A stretch of DNA of 64,000 bases from Chrysomallon squamiferum (GCA_012295275.1 CM022670.1:19220001-19284000); one strand, 5' to 3'; shown: positions 13,432 to 27,639, numbered from the stretch's first letter. The notes: generated from the sequence alone by a model not told the origin. Program-made: numbers and translations.

Positions 13432-13730
13432 AAAGCATACAAGTCCAGGTCGCCAATTCAAGTCTGTGATCTGACGACTTTACTGGAGTGAATCATTTTA
13501 TTACTATTTAATATCAAATAATCATACAGATATAATCTGTGCTTTGGTGCGTAACAAAACTATACAGCAAGATTACTTTAGTATTAATATTCAAGCATGC
13601 ATGTCCAGGGCACAGAGTCATGTGCTTTGTAGGTGTTAATGTCGGTGATATGACGACTTTATTGTAAAGATACCTGCTGAACTGTTTATTACTATTTCAT
13701 GTCAAATATATTAGTAAACAGATATAGACA
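13432..13730. repeat. Diverged tandem duplication, 2 copies, about 160-180 bp unit
   Basis: aagcat..a.gtccagg at 13433 and 13593; tgacgacttta at 13472 and 13651; tttattactattt.at.tcaaata in both copies. Confidence 0.85.
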
Positions 13731-13784
13731 AAATGTCAAATTAGGTATCACTTACTCTTTTTTCCATTATGATATTAACAGTCA

Positions 13785-14090
13785 TGATATTAGTAAATTA
13801 AGAATTACTTGTATTTATTAGTAAAATAAAAATTATTGTTATGTTAATAATAGATTACTGTTATTATATTAGTAAAATAAAGATTACTGTTGTACTAGTA
13901 AGATAGATATTATTGTAATCTCATTAGTAAAATGGATTACTGTTATTATGTTAGTAAAATAGATTTCAGTTACTGTGTAAATAAATTAAATATTTTTACT
14001 TTGATGTTACTAAACCAAAGATTGCTGTGCTTTTAAAATAAAATTTCTGTTTTTGTATTTTAAATTAAATGAAGATTACTGATATTCTAC
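13785..14090. repeat. Degenerate minisatellite, about 27-bp unit (ttagtaaaataaagattactgttat-like), about 10 copies
   Basis: tagtaa-type cores at 13791, 13819, 13845, 13870, 13896, 13925 and 13952, decaying towards 14090. Confidence 0.8.
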
Positions 14091-14839
14091 AGAAATATTT
14101 TATACTTTGACAGTACAGTATAAACTGATAAAAGCTTATAAACAAACTGTATATGAAATTGTTACAGAACTGAAAATAGTGTAAGATAAAGATTATATAT
14201 GGCACCATATAAATGAATTTCCTATCAAATATATTAGTTTCATTTTAATTTGGGTATAGATAATATTGAGATATGAATAAGAAGATAAGCTAATTTAATT
14301 TAATTTTAAATTTCTTAAAAAAAATAATAAAAATAAAATAAAAAAATAAAACTGAGTTCTTAAACATTTAGGAGAAATGAAGACTTGAATGGAAAATTTA
14401 ACATCAAAAATAATAACTGTTGGCAATCAAACTTGGTACTTTTAACAATAGCAGCTATGCCATTTTTTTTTTTAAGTGTTAAAAGAAATGAAAATTAAAA
14501 AAAGGGAATGAAAAAGAAATAAAAAAAAACTTTGTTTTAAAAAGCCATTAAAATCAAACAGAAAAACCAGAACAGAAGAAAAAAATGCTAATGGTTCCAA
14601 GTCTCCATTTTTTTCTACAAAAGATAAGTATTGGGTTTCTGATAATGGTATTAATGGTTTGACTTGGCACTGTAACATATACCAGGGAGTGTATTTTTAC
14701 AAACATATTTTAAACAAACCACACATGAAAGATGGTCCATAGACATGTCTGACAACAATGTGAAAATTCTAATAATTTCTCTTCTAATTGGATATCTGAA
14801 ACAACCAGAAACAAAGGATAAAAAGAGAAAAAAACATTT

Positions 14840-14840
<1 letters not shown>

Positions 14841-14933
<93 letters not shown>
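14841..14933. repeat. (AG)46 microsatellite followed by a degenerate purine-rich tract to about 15170
   Basis: Direct reading. Confidence 0.98.
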
Positions 14934-14936
<3 letters not shown>

Positions 14937-15451
14937 AGTGAGTTACGGATATAGAATAACAGAGAAATAGAAAATTATAGATAACGGAGAGAAAGAGATA
15001 TAGAATAAGAAAGCAAAAGAATATGCAGAATATTGAGAAATTGAGAGAGAAAGAATGAAAAATCAGTGAATATTCAACTAAATATCTGACAGGGAAAAAT
15101 ATTTAAAAAAAAACAAAGAATGTAGGGAGAAAAGAAGAAAGGGAGAGAGAAAGAGAAATAGATGGCAAAGAGAAATGGCCACACAACAAATCAAATTAAC
15201 ACAAATAACATTAATCTGTCTAAATAAACCACACATTATCATTGGTAAAAAAAAACAAATTTAACAACAACGTAATTAAAATTTCTCCTGAAAAAGTGTT
15301 AAAAAAAAAATTAAACAGAAGTTTTTATGAGTGATCCATAAAAAAATTTCACACAAAGAAACTGTGGCTTTTCCATCAGGAAATAGCTTGAAGAGATAAA
15401 AAAAAAAAAAGTGTTAGGAAATGACACAATTTACGTTTGCCATAGCATCAG

Positions 15452-15810
15452 TGTGAAATGGTGCAATTTCAGATAAGGAGGTCGCAGCTGTAGAAGGCAG
15501 TTCTTTTAACCGCTTCAAATTACAATTATTTTTAACCACATTACAACAGATGTAATCCTTATTTGTAAAAAGTATGAAACAAATAAAATTATTTAATTAA
15601 AAGAAATGTGAAAATTTAAATACATTTTGAGTATTGTGAGAAATGTTAGATGATGTGCTCATAGCTGTAGAATGAGTTTCTTTTAACTTGTTTCAAATTA
15701 AAATTATTTTTAACTCTGTTACCAATAAATATAATCATTATTTGTAACACATACAAATTAAGTTTGAAAAAATTTAAGTATATTTAAATTTCTTGTGAAA
15801 ATGTATATAA
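15452..15810. repeat. Diverged tandem duplication, 177-bp unit, 2 copies
   Basis: agctgtagaa at 15486 and 15663, each followed by ttcttttaac..ttcaaatta.aattatttttaac...taatc.ttatttgtaa. Confidence 0.9.
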
Positions 15811-16269
15811 TTAATTCTTTCTGTATTATTATCATTGTCAGTTTATTTATTTTTTGAAATTTGTTTGTTAGTATTACCTTTTATCAAATTCTAAATATTT
15901 CTTGATAAAAACCATTTCTTAAGCATAATACAGTATCATTCACACAAACGTCATATTTCTTTTCAGATATACAGTAATAATAAAAATATTTCTGCTTGAG
16001 CACATTTAACCCCCCCAAAACCAAATATATGCAGTTAACTTTTTCAACCAACAAATGCAGAAGACAATAACATACAGACACCTGTTTCACAGTTAAAAAA
16101 AGTAACGGCAATCATTTCAACTTCTGTATAAATAAATTCAATTATGTGACCACTAAAGCATGGTGACTTAATGCTGCAGGAATGCACATGACTGAGCAAA
16201 AGAGACATTACTTCTAATTGTTAATTCACATAACGACAATGAACTTAAACTGACCACACAGTGGACATT

Positions 16270-16495
16270 ATAGAGATGATTTACTTCTAATATAAATATT
16301 ACTAATCACCTTGTAATGATTATTGTTCACGTCTAAGTAGTACTTCAATATAAAACAGGGAAACAGAAAATGACTTTTGTATGAAATATATTTTTTATTA
16401 TTATTATTACTTAGAAATAAATTTAATATGACTTTACTGTTAACTGGAAATTACCTTGTAATAATTATTGTTCATTTGTGAGTGACATTAATATT
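16270..16495. repeat. Diverged tandem duplication, 145-bp offset
   Basis: accttgtaat.attattgttca at 16308 and 16453. Confidence 0.7.
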
Positions 16496-17762
16496 TATAT
16501 TTATTTAGCTAGTGGAATACTGTTTTTGTAATATTTTGAAAATGAAGTATTTTTTAAAAATTGTAGCTGACACTAAAATAAAACATATTTTGAAAAACTA
16601 CTGGGGGATGTATATATTGAATTAAGTTTTAATAAAACTTTTCAAATGGATTTCTCAAATGTATAATTTTTTTCATTTCTAAGTCTGTATGTTGTTTAAT
16701 TAAATAACCAATTTTTATCTTGCTGTGTTTTAAATTTCTTTTTGTTTGTTATTTCTCTGTTTTTTGATTATTACCATTTCTTTGTTTATCATCATCATTC
16801 TCATTATTATTAATGTACATAAGCCAAAATGCTATATTCAGGTGAATCAAGTCATTATCTTCAGTACTTATTCCTTCAACCATAGCTACAGTATCCATAG
16901 TAACAAAAGATACAGTTATTAGCCTCAGTTAACAATTCCATAATGATAACATCCACAGAAACAAACAGTATAAAATTACCCACAATTAAATCACTGTACA
17001 AGAAATACTACTTTCTAAAAAGCAATACTGACTGCTAATGGAAAAATAAAAACAAAGGAATAGAAAAACATTCACACTTTATAAATATTTTTCCAGTGTC
17101 ATAAAACATATAAAATAATAAACAAAAACAATTTTTGTTAAATACTTTAAAAAAAAAGAAAAGACAAAGAGTTCTACTTCAGTTATCTGTCAAACATCAG
17201 GATCTCATAGTGTTAGCTGCAAATTCCTGTCTTGTACATAAATATTATCAGAATCTTCGGTAATGTGTTCCGGATGTATTTATTGTCTCTTTGTCAAGTA
17301 CGAAAATATTTTTCTAACTTTTTCAGGAGATTTTGAAAACGATGATTAACAAAAGGCCTTTGCTAGAACAGTGCATGCAAAAAAAAAAAGGAGGAAGAAA
17401 AAGAAAAGAACAAAGTGAAGTTATTGGCAAATTAGTAAGAGAGGAGACAAAAAAAAAGAAAAAAAGGTTATTTCAAAAGGAACTGAATTGTTTTTGTTCA
17501 GGAAAACAAAGCCCTCTAAAACATAACAGTAAACAGGGGTATCCCATCACAAGTACTTAACAACTAGCAAAACAACAATAAATAAATAAATAAATAAATA
17601 TATTAATAATAATAATAATAATAATAATAAGTTTTTAATAAAACAAAAAAAATATTATATTTCTCAATAATGTAACAATTTCTTTAAAAAATCTATGAAA
17701 TTAAAAAACAATACTTGACTGGAACAAAAATAAATTCATGAACAAACTAGTAAATAAAAAAG

Positions 17763-17764
<2 letters not shown>

Positions 17765-17813
<49 letters not shown>
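17765..17813. repeat. (AT)n microsatellite
   Basis: Direct reading. Confidence 0.98.
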
Positions 17814-17818
<5 letters not shown>

Positions 17819-19098
17819 AACATTTAGAAAATGTTCCACTATTGCTATTCTTGCAGGAAGAATAAAAAAGTATTTAGTGATTTGGTTCAGTGGTGACACA
17901 CTTGTTCCAGAATGTTCCAGAATGTTCCAGTGACATGGCTGTGGTGAAGGGCTGTCTGCTTCATGATTAATAGGGAGCAAGTGTGATGCTTAGAAATGTA
18001 CTTTGTAATCCTGTGATGATATTCCAGCACCTTAAGTTTTACAGTTTGACACAACTCTGTACATATCACAACACCAATACCAATGTAAGAAGAAAAAAGT
18101 AAAAAAAAAAAAAAAAAAAACAGAAACATATACACTGCTTAAATGCAAACATAAATCTAAATAATATAAATAAAAAAAAAAAAATATATATATATAGACA
18201 TATCTGTTAATAAAAAATAACTTTGTTGTTATTGTTTGTCATTTTATTAAAGGTTACTATTACTTAAAAGGAACTAGTAATCCATTATATTTTTGCTTTT
18301 AAGAATTAAGATAAATACTTTAAAAAAAAAAAAAAAAAAAAAAAAGGATTTTTGATCAAATAGGAACAAATGATGGCAAAAAGGTAAATCATCCAGCAAG
18401 CTTTAGTTGGAAACAAATTAAAACATCTTAATAAATAATGCATTATTTATAATAAGCTGAAAATATTTTCCTGTTTAATAATTTTATAAAATTAAACTAT
18501 TATTTTTTTTTTTAAATGCTATTCAAGAAAGCATTCTAACATACAGTTAAAAAAAAAAAAATTTTTTTTTTTTTTTTTAAATTTAAATGAATAGATAAAA
18601 AAAATTAAAAATGAAATAAATAAATAAGCAGGTGGCAGGCTACTGGGGGGAGAAGAGGAGGGGGTGAAAGGGGAAGAGGTGCATTAACCCAACAGATCTC
18701 ACAGATTACTTTATGTGAGACTCAACAACTGCAGTGCTGACCTGATTGAGGAGACACGATAAAACAAACAGGTAATTTTGTTGAAAAACTTGCAGACATT
18801 TCCAGCTGTGATGGTCTTAAATGTCTGTGTGGGTATTTCAGTGGGTGATCCCACATTGCCTGCTGTTAATGTTGCCAGGAAACCTCGGGTTTACTTTTCA
18901 TTAGATGGTTTTAATTTTTGACCTTAGTGAAGAATGTTTGTTGTTTTATAATACAAACAATGTCAAAACAGAGTTTGTATGTGTGTATCTATGTTACTGT
19001 ATGGGTGTTGTTGTTATTCTGTCTATTTGTCTATTTTATATATATGTATGCATTATTCTTCAGGTATTTTAGAATTTATACATTATTTATAAAGGAAC

Positions 19099-19130
<32 letters not shown>

Positions 19131-20529
19131 GTTGTTGTTCTTACAAGTGTATATAAGAATATGTATGTACAAACATAAATGTGTATATCTGTTTAAGCTG
19201 AACTAGAGGAAACATATTTGTAAAAAGAAATTTAATAAATAAACAAAACCAAAAAAGCCTCACTAATTTTTAAATACCTTTCTCTTTCCTACAGGTCAGA
19301 AATAACTTAAATACTATGAAAACATGCAAAGAATCTTCAATTCCTTCCAGGTAAACACATCACTAGTTTGTCAGTACATTGAGCAATACCTGACAGGTGA
19401 TAAAGGTCACATGTTCTTCAAATACAGATGCTTTTCTGACCCACCATATACTTTAAAACACAACAAACAACCCACATATATTTATGGTTCAACTTTCTGG
19501 AGATATATTTGCAGTATACAAATCAATATCAAAAATAGCTTCTAAAAATTTATCCAAATATTTTTCTTGGATGTTTACTATATACAGGTTTCCACATATA
19601 CCTTATAAAAACATATGCCAAACACTAAAATTCTTTAATTATATTTTAACTTGCTTGTTAATTTGTCTTCCACTTTGTTATCTGTGACTGTTATATTAAT
19701 ATAATGTAGAAATTGAAATGAAACATAGATTTAAAAATTAATTCAGTATAAAGATATATGGTAAGCATTTTATTAATTTCTAGCATTAGTATGTTTAAAA
19801 CTGACAATAACAACAAGTCATCCATACATAAATTATTTAACATGCTTTAGAAAAACAGAAATAAAAACAACTAAATATTTCACAAAAAACAGATGTCATC
19901 AGCTTCAGAAGAAAACTATTTTCCAAGCATGATCTTCAGTTAATATTAATCCTTCCAGATGACTTGAAGATATCTAAAACAAATTATAATCATTGTGTTT
20001 GTGCTCCTGTTTATTTAACAGATGGTTCGATTCAGTCAATGATTTTCTACCTGTGATCTTCAACAGATAAAAAGAAACAGGTAAGAGATGTCACATTCAA
20101 GACTGATTAATGTTTTCTCCCCCCATCACAGCCAGGTGAGAGAACACTATGGAAATGTCCAGTAAACAGGACAGACAATGGCTGACCATTACAACAATAA
20201 AACTATTAGTCTTCAAGTGACAGTTTTGTTCCTGTGCAATTCCACTTTGAAAGTCCCTGCTATTTAGCTGCAGGTGATTCTGTTCAGTTAAGACACACCT
20301 CTCCATACCACCAGTGACCATTGTTAGGTACTTGTATAGAAAACACTATAGGGATCCCGGTACTTACTGTTATTGTAAGATAGTTTACTTCTTGTTGCTG
20401 TCTGTGCAATAATATTTATTTTACTACTTAGGACGACCACTTTCTCAACTTGTACACATCATTAGCAAGCAATTAGGTGATTAGAGATTGGGGCTGGAAC
20501 ATCAAAGAAAGAAGGGTAGTCACCAGTTG

Positions 20530-20682
20530 AATAGATGAATGTAGAAATAATGGATACATGATTATGATGGATGAACGGACAGTTCTGTGAGTGGATTAAT
20601 GGATGGGCAAATGAATGAATGAATGAATAAAGGAAGTAAGGAATGAATGGATTAATGGATTAACAGATGGATGATTAAGATG
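20530..20682. repeat. Degenerate (ATGG/ATGA)n tetranucleotide repeat
   Basis: gatggatgaa, aatggatggg, atgaatgaatgaatgaat. Confidence 0.8.
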
Positions 20683-22729
20683 GTGGTTCACTTTTAATAC
20701 AAGAAAAAAGCTCTAAAAACAATGAAGTAATTTTTGTTTTAACTATTATTACAAACTATACTGCAAATGTATTTAAACATGTTCTGTCTTTGAACATAAA
20801 ATATGTTTTCTATTTCTACTCCAAAAATTAAAAAAAAAAAAATTACTACTTGAGAAAAAAGGAAATGACATTTTATATCATCTATCAGAAACTATGATTA
20901 TCATAAATATATTTAATTAATTTATTATTTAAAACACTAAAAATATTCTACTTTATCATGATCTTAAAACAAAAATAAAATTATAATATTAGAAAAAAGA
21001 AGAAAAAACACTTGTGCGTGCTAATGTAAATACATGTATTCAGGGCTAACACATGTCACTTATACAAGGTTTGGGAACATTGATTTTACCTATTATCCGT
21101 TTACAAGCACATGACTCTGCATTAGCAAAAATACACACATACACCTTGAAATCGATTACAGAATGCAACCATGTGTAAAAATGTATGTTAACCAGTTTTC
21201 ATCTGTTTTCACATATTTTATAATGCTACAATCATGTATGAGTTTAGGAATAAAACAATGGTAATGTAAAACAGTATATGAAAACAACTGTTTTAACAGA
21301 TCTTCATATTAATACGTGTTTTTATTATCTTTTTTTCATTATATTGCTTAGCTTTTTAAAAGGAACTTCTTTTTCTTTCTTTTTTTAATTTTTTTTTAGC
21401 TTTATACAATAATTTATAATGCAGTAGCGCTATTCTGTGGAAGCAAGCCATTTGTTAAATAAAATGGTGACAAAAAAACACCATGACATCAATGCAAGTT
21501 TAACAGATCTATTTGAACTGACTTTTATTCTTGGTATGAAAGAATTCACAATGCTGTTATAAAGAAAGAATTTTGTTTGTTAATAACAAATAATAACGTG
21601 AAGTTGTAAATTTCTCTATTTATTTATTTTTATTATTATATTTTGTAAATAAATAAATAAAAATAAGTTTTAAAAATATTGTTTTGGTATTATCCTATTT
21701 CACAATGTTATAATTAATATGAACTCTGGAGAGACAATAACAAAAAAAAAAAAAAATAAAATTAAAAAGTTTCTTTAGACTACAAAATTCAATAAACTCA
21801 TTTTTTAAATTTTTATATCTAAAAACATGTAAGTCAAAGATTTCTTTTTATATTTTATTTATTATGATTATAATTTTATTTATTTTTATTTTTTTTTTTT
21901 TTTCAGAAGTCACAGTTATTCACAATGTACTGATTTTCTGACAATTGTTTCTTCTTAACAAAGAAAGATTGTAACAGGACAAGATTCATCAGACCATGAA
22001 AGAAAACTGTAATACTTTTTTCTTTATTTATGTATGAAAAATGTAACTCAGTTCTTTTTTTTTTTTTTTTAATACACAATATTTCACAGTGGAGTGAATT
22101 AAGTTTCATACAAACCAGTGAATGAAGATAATGCAATCTTTAATTAATTATTAATCAATCATAACATATTGAGTTTTTCTTGTAAAAACAATTTTACATT
22201 TTAAAAAGTTCACTTGTAATTTTTATTAACTCCACACTCTTATTCTATTAATTAGATGTTCCTTATAATAATAGTCCAGATCTAAATAATTAGAATAATT
22301 TATTTAAAATGAATTACTCAGTACAGTTTGTTCAGTGTATCATTTTTTAAACATTAAATAAAAATATTTTATTAGTTAGACACAGGATTGATTGAAATTT
22401 ATTGTTTTCTTTTCTTGTTGAGGAAATTTTGTTTAATTACTTTTATTGTTTTTATACAATTATTAATTTAAATTTTAAAATTTTTTTTTTTTTTTTTTTT
22501 TACAGAATTCAGCATTCTCCATTTTTAATGAACATTTTATTTTTTAACAAAATATCTGAGTTTGTCTCCTAGTTTTCTTTGTCTAATCCCCAAAACAATA
22601 ATAGAAAACGTACACTTAATGTGAAATAAAAAATAAAATAAAATAATAATAATAATAAAAATAAAATAGTAAATTAATACAATACGAAAATAACATAGAA
22701 AGACATTTTTGAAAAAGGTAAAAAGAAAA

Positions 22730-23169
22730 TGATGATAAATTAATTCCTCCCCAAATAAGAGAGAGGAAGTTCGAGAATTTTTGAACTGTCAACTGGAGTG
22801 CCTTTAATTATATATAAAAAAAAAAAAAAAAAAATTATGCACCAAAGCAACACATTAGATGTTCAAAATTAAACATATGTATTCCTCCCCTAAAACGAAA
22901 TTGAAAGTGAGGACTTTTGAAGTTGACTTAAGTTCTTTTAATTTTATTAAAAAAAAAAGTATATAACAAATTAACAGCATTCTAAAACGAACATGTAAAA
23001 CATTATACAACAAAGCAACACATCAGATGTTAAAAATTAAATAAATGTATTCCTCCCCACATACAAAACAGAAAGTTGGGATTTTTGAAGTTGACCAAGG
23101 TGCTTTTAAAAAAAAAAAAAAAAAAAATGGATGAAATAAATAGTATTCTAAAAAATAAACAAACAGAAA

Positions 23170-23206
<37 letters not shown>

Positions 23207-23240
23207 TATATATATATATAATTATACAACAAAGCTACAG
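22730..23240. repeat. Tandem triplication, units of about 138-190 bp, each with an A-rich tract
   Basis: attcctcccc at 22743, 22881 and 23049. Each is followed by gaa(a)gt..ttttgaa..t..ac, an A tract and attat.ca.caaagc.aca. Confidence 0.9.
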
Positions 23241-24300
23241 ACTACTTGATCAAATGGAAACACAGTCTTATGAAAAACATCTAATACTTTTTTTTTACAC
23301 TTAAAAAAGAAGTAAAATGCTACATAATAAATTATTAAAAAAAAGAGAGAAAGAAAACTGTTGTTTGATCCCCTTGCATTTAAAAAGAGATTTCCAAGTA
23401 TAAAAAGTTAAAAGAAATAAACAAATTAAATGAAGCCATCACACTCTATATGCTGTTACTATCAGCCATGATAAAGTTTTATTTCAAAAAGTTAACACAG
23501 TTAACCCAAATGATTCATGAGAACAATTTTCTTCCATTGTGATGTTAAAAAGAAAAAAGAAAAAAAAGTAACAAAATGAATAATAAAATCACAGTAGTTT
23601 TTTTGTTGTTTTTTTCCATTTATTTATTTATTTTAATTTGCCTGTATGATTTATACTTGGGCTCTTTCAAAGTCATCCATGACATTGCCTTTGATTCGAA
23701 TGTATGACACAGGTAATTTGTCAAAAACTGCTGCTATTTAGTGTGGGAACTGTTATAAACTTTGCTGGTGGAATTCCGTATGGTGAGCTTTCTGACACTT
23801 ATTTAAACCCAGTCACTGGAACACTATGTTCTCTATAAATCTTAATATCTAACTTTAATAAACACTACAAATTATGGTGGGATTTAATTTTACTTATTTT
23901 TCTTTTCTTTAATAAAAAGATTAATCAAATATATATACTTGTTTGTATTATTATTATTTTGTTTGTTTTTTGGTATGTTATTATTAACATTTTCTTTAAC
24001 TGTAAGGTTATTTGAAAGAAGAGTCAATTTGTGTGCAGACACACCCTCATACCCACACCCCCACATTTCTTTATTATCTTGACAGTCTAATGTAATTTGT
24101 TAAAGGAACATAAAATTGATCTAATGATAATAAGAATATTCTTTCTTTTTTTCAATATTTCTTTTCTTTTTCTTTTTTTAATACTATCAATTAATGATTA
24201 TATTTTATAGAAAAAGAAATGTCAAAATATTAATAAATACTACTACTACTACTACTAATAATAATGATAATCAGAATTAAAGGAACAATAAAATAAAACA

Positions 24301-24331
<31 letters not shown>

Positions 24332-24828
24332 AAAAAATAAAACAAGTATAATAATGTTATCAATGGTAAATTGAAGAAATACATTTACAGTCAAGAAAAA
24401 ACTGAAAAGGAAATACGTCTGAAATAAAACACACTGAAAAATAATAACAATATAAAACATAATAATAAAAGATTAGTGATAAAAAGATATGAAATTTTTT
24501 TTATAAAAGTTTCCTATTGTGGGAAAGGTTACAAGATTATATTAATACAGAGAAATACACCCCCTGCTTTGTTCATGATGGCTGGGTAGATATGAAATTT
24601 CTGTGCAACACATGTCATACAATATTCAGTAAAAAGGGTACCCAGTGTGTTGCTTATTACAAGTTTTAACATGCTGCAGATAAAAAGAGAAAAACTTTAA
24701 ACATGGACAATTGGTGACATTTTTTGTAATAAAATGTTAAAGATGTAATTTTAAATTAATAATTAAACAGCCAGAAAACATTTGGCTCTTTGTGAACGAA
24801 CTCTCAAGTACATGACAGCATGCAGAGC

Positions 24829-25050
24829 TTCATGTATGAAAGCACATTTGAAAATCTCTGTCTAAAAAGTTACATTTTTGATGGATGTTAACTTCCCCCA
24901 ACCTGAAGTATAATAACAGTTTAAGCAGTAGGTTTAAAAATTATTTGTATGTTGGATGTGAAAGTGCTTATTAAACCAGTATAATAACATGTAAAAAAAA
25001 AAAATTAAATTATAATAAACATTGAATGTTGAAGCAATTATTCTGGAATA
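24829..25050 (-). pseudogene. Decayed duplicate of the exon C acceptor region (source about 27807-28040), possibly including part of the exon
   Basis: 24910-24990 (aataacagtttaagcagtaggtttaaaaattatttgtatgttggatgtgaaagtgc...accagtataataaca) matches 27901-27978 in the same orientation. An acceptor cttcag|GTT lies at 24902, and QRFSNVLSYM follows in frame versus the real QRSSSVTVYM. Confidence 0.7.
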
Positions 25051-27608
25051 ATAATAAAAATGAGATTTTTCAAAGACCTTTATTAACTCTTTGTAATAGA
25101 ATTTTTTTTTAAAGGTTTACTTGTCAGTTACATTATTTATGATGCCATGAAGATTAGATGAGATAAAACAAATTTATTTCTTATTTTCACAATTTTTTAT
25201 TTTTGTTTTATAAATATTTCATAGAAGAAGAAGAAAAGAGAAAGATGTTATTTATTATGTTATTTATTATAAGCTCAGGGATTTAAAAAATAACATCTAG
25301 GTAAAATACCATGAAGAATACTGAACAATCAACAATCAAAATATAAGGAGAAATGAAGAGGATAAGAGATTTTACAGTGACATTTTTTGTTTATTATATT
25401 CACAAAAACTTAGTTGTTTTGGGGTTGTTTTTGTTTGTTTAATATTCCACACTTGAGATGACCAATAAGCTAACCACAAATTTACTTAAATCCAGACAGG
25501 AAAACTTGCCTGACCTAAAAGTCATCACCTTGTGACTTTACCCATTTCTGTGATGCTGGATCAAGACTAAGTTGTAGGAATCCGCAAAACAAACATGAAA
25601 GCTCTCTGATCATTGGATTTACAGAAGGACATGAAATAAAAGCTTGGCCAGCTTCTGCACTTGAATTTTTCTTCAAAGCACCAATCAACTTGCAGGACAA
25701 TGTCAAACAAACACGTACCTTGGATGGTAGCATCCCATTAAATTCTTTTTGTTAAAATTTATCTTTTGTTGGTTTGTTGTTTATTTTTTTCTTATTTCAT
25801 TTACTATGATTGTTATTTAGGGGATTAGACTTAAAAAAAAGAAAAAAAGAAATAACATGTTTGAATAATTATAACATACTTTATATTATCTTTGCACTTT
25901 TTGTTGATTTTTCAATGAATATTAATAATTATCACCAAAGCCAGATGTTTTATTGCATTTTACTATTTAAAAATTTGAATCCATGAACCAATAATTTTAT
26001 TAATGAGATATTCACCAATGTTATTTTTTTTAAAATAGGGAAGAACTCAAATATGACAAAACTCATTCTCAATAAAATTTTGAAAAATATTAAACAGACC
26101 AAGAGAAAGATTGAAAGAAAACTAAGTAACCATAAAATAACTTTAAAAAAGGATTTTGAGTAAATATTAAATCCTGTAAAACTTCTATTTTTAAATGAAA
26201 TAGTTTTGGTTATCTCTGTAATCTGTTTAAATACATTTGAAGTTTGACTGTTAACATGCCAAGACTTTCATAATATATTTGGAAAGAGATTTGAAGGTTC
26301 CTCTCTGTGGCTTTTTTTTTCCATAAAATGTTTTCTTAAGATTTATCAATATCTAAAGATAGGCCTATTTTCTTACAATGGAATTTTCTCCAATAGCTGT
26401 TATCCTAAGTACATTTCTAAAGCATCCTGATTAATTTTCAATCATCAACTATTGGATATTATTTGGAATTTCTTATATATGTTTTAATAAGAAAGCTACT
26501 ATTTTTCCAGTAGCTAAAACAGATTTTTAAAAATATTTTATGTGAACTTTCCTCTGAAAGGTGAAGCACAAAAGTTAAATATAAACATTTGATAACCAGT
26601 CCAGTTTTGATATTCCTTCAAATGTTTTAAAGATATTTTTTTTTTTTTTAAAAAGGACTAAATCAGCAAAAATGAAAATGTCTTTGACTAAACTTTAAAA
26701 TGAGTGCAGAGTGCAGTGAATTTGACTGTGGGTATTTAACCATGAAAACAACAAATGTTAAATGTTCTGCTTTTTATGACCTAAAGCTTGGATGAACTGA
26801 AAGAACTGTTGTTTTCAGAATATATTATTTGTGTCAAAATATGAAAACCCTTTAATTTCTAATAATAATGGTAAAAAAGAAAAAAAATTACTTCTCACAT
26901 AACATAGTTTAATCTATATAAACAATGCCTGTAATGATTTTTCAAAAACTAATATTGCCACAAGACACCACAACATGTTAAAAAAGCCATTTGTCATTGC
27001 ACTGACACCATGTAGTTTTTTTTTTTTTTTTTTTTACATTAGGTGTTGACAAACTTGCATTTTAGATCAAAAAGGATGAGGAATAAGAAACCTATTTGGA
27101 GTTCACAAAGAACAACTCCTATGTCAAGCAGAGGGAAATTATCTTCCCAAAACAGGAGAGATCTGTCTGGAACAAGACAGTTACATTCCAGTATAAAAGA
27201 CTTCTAAAACCAGTCAGAAATGCTCTGTTGACATGTTTGTAGGGGTAGACATTGCACATAATGCACGATTTACACTGGTACAGGAGAAGATATAACAAAA
27301 AAAAATTTTTTTTTTTTTAAATCAAGTGTTTAAAAAAAAGAAAAAAAAAGAAGAAAGTTTGAGAACAGCTGCATTACTTAATTTACATTAATTCTATTGT
27401 TTTCAAATTATAACTGATGAATGAGTAATCAGTTTAAGAACATCCAGAAAGAAAGAAAAAAGTAAATATAAAAAGAAAAAAGAAATTAAAATTACAGGAG
27501 TAAAAAATAATAATAGTCCCCAAAAATTACTACAAAATAAAGTTTGTCACTTATTCACCTTTTTCTTAATAAAGAGGATAATAATTATTAAATATATTAA
27601 TAGAAAAA

Positions 27609-27639
<31 letters not shown>

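Noticed and set aside
18630-18680. G-rich patch as a G-quadruplex
   Set aside because: Only three runs of three or more G; at best a weak two-tier structure.
20344-20363. cactatagggatcccggtac resembles the end of a T7 promoter plus a BamHI/KpnI polylinker
   Set aside because: Only a 10-bp match followed by an imperfect linker, embedded seamlessly in genomic sequence; most likely chance.
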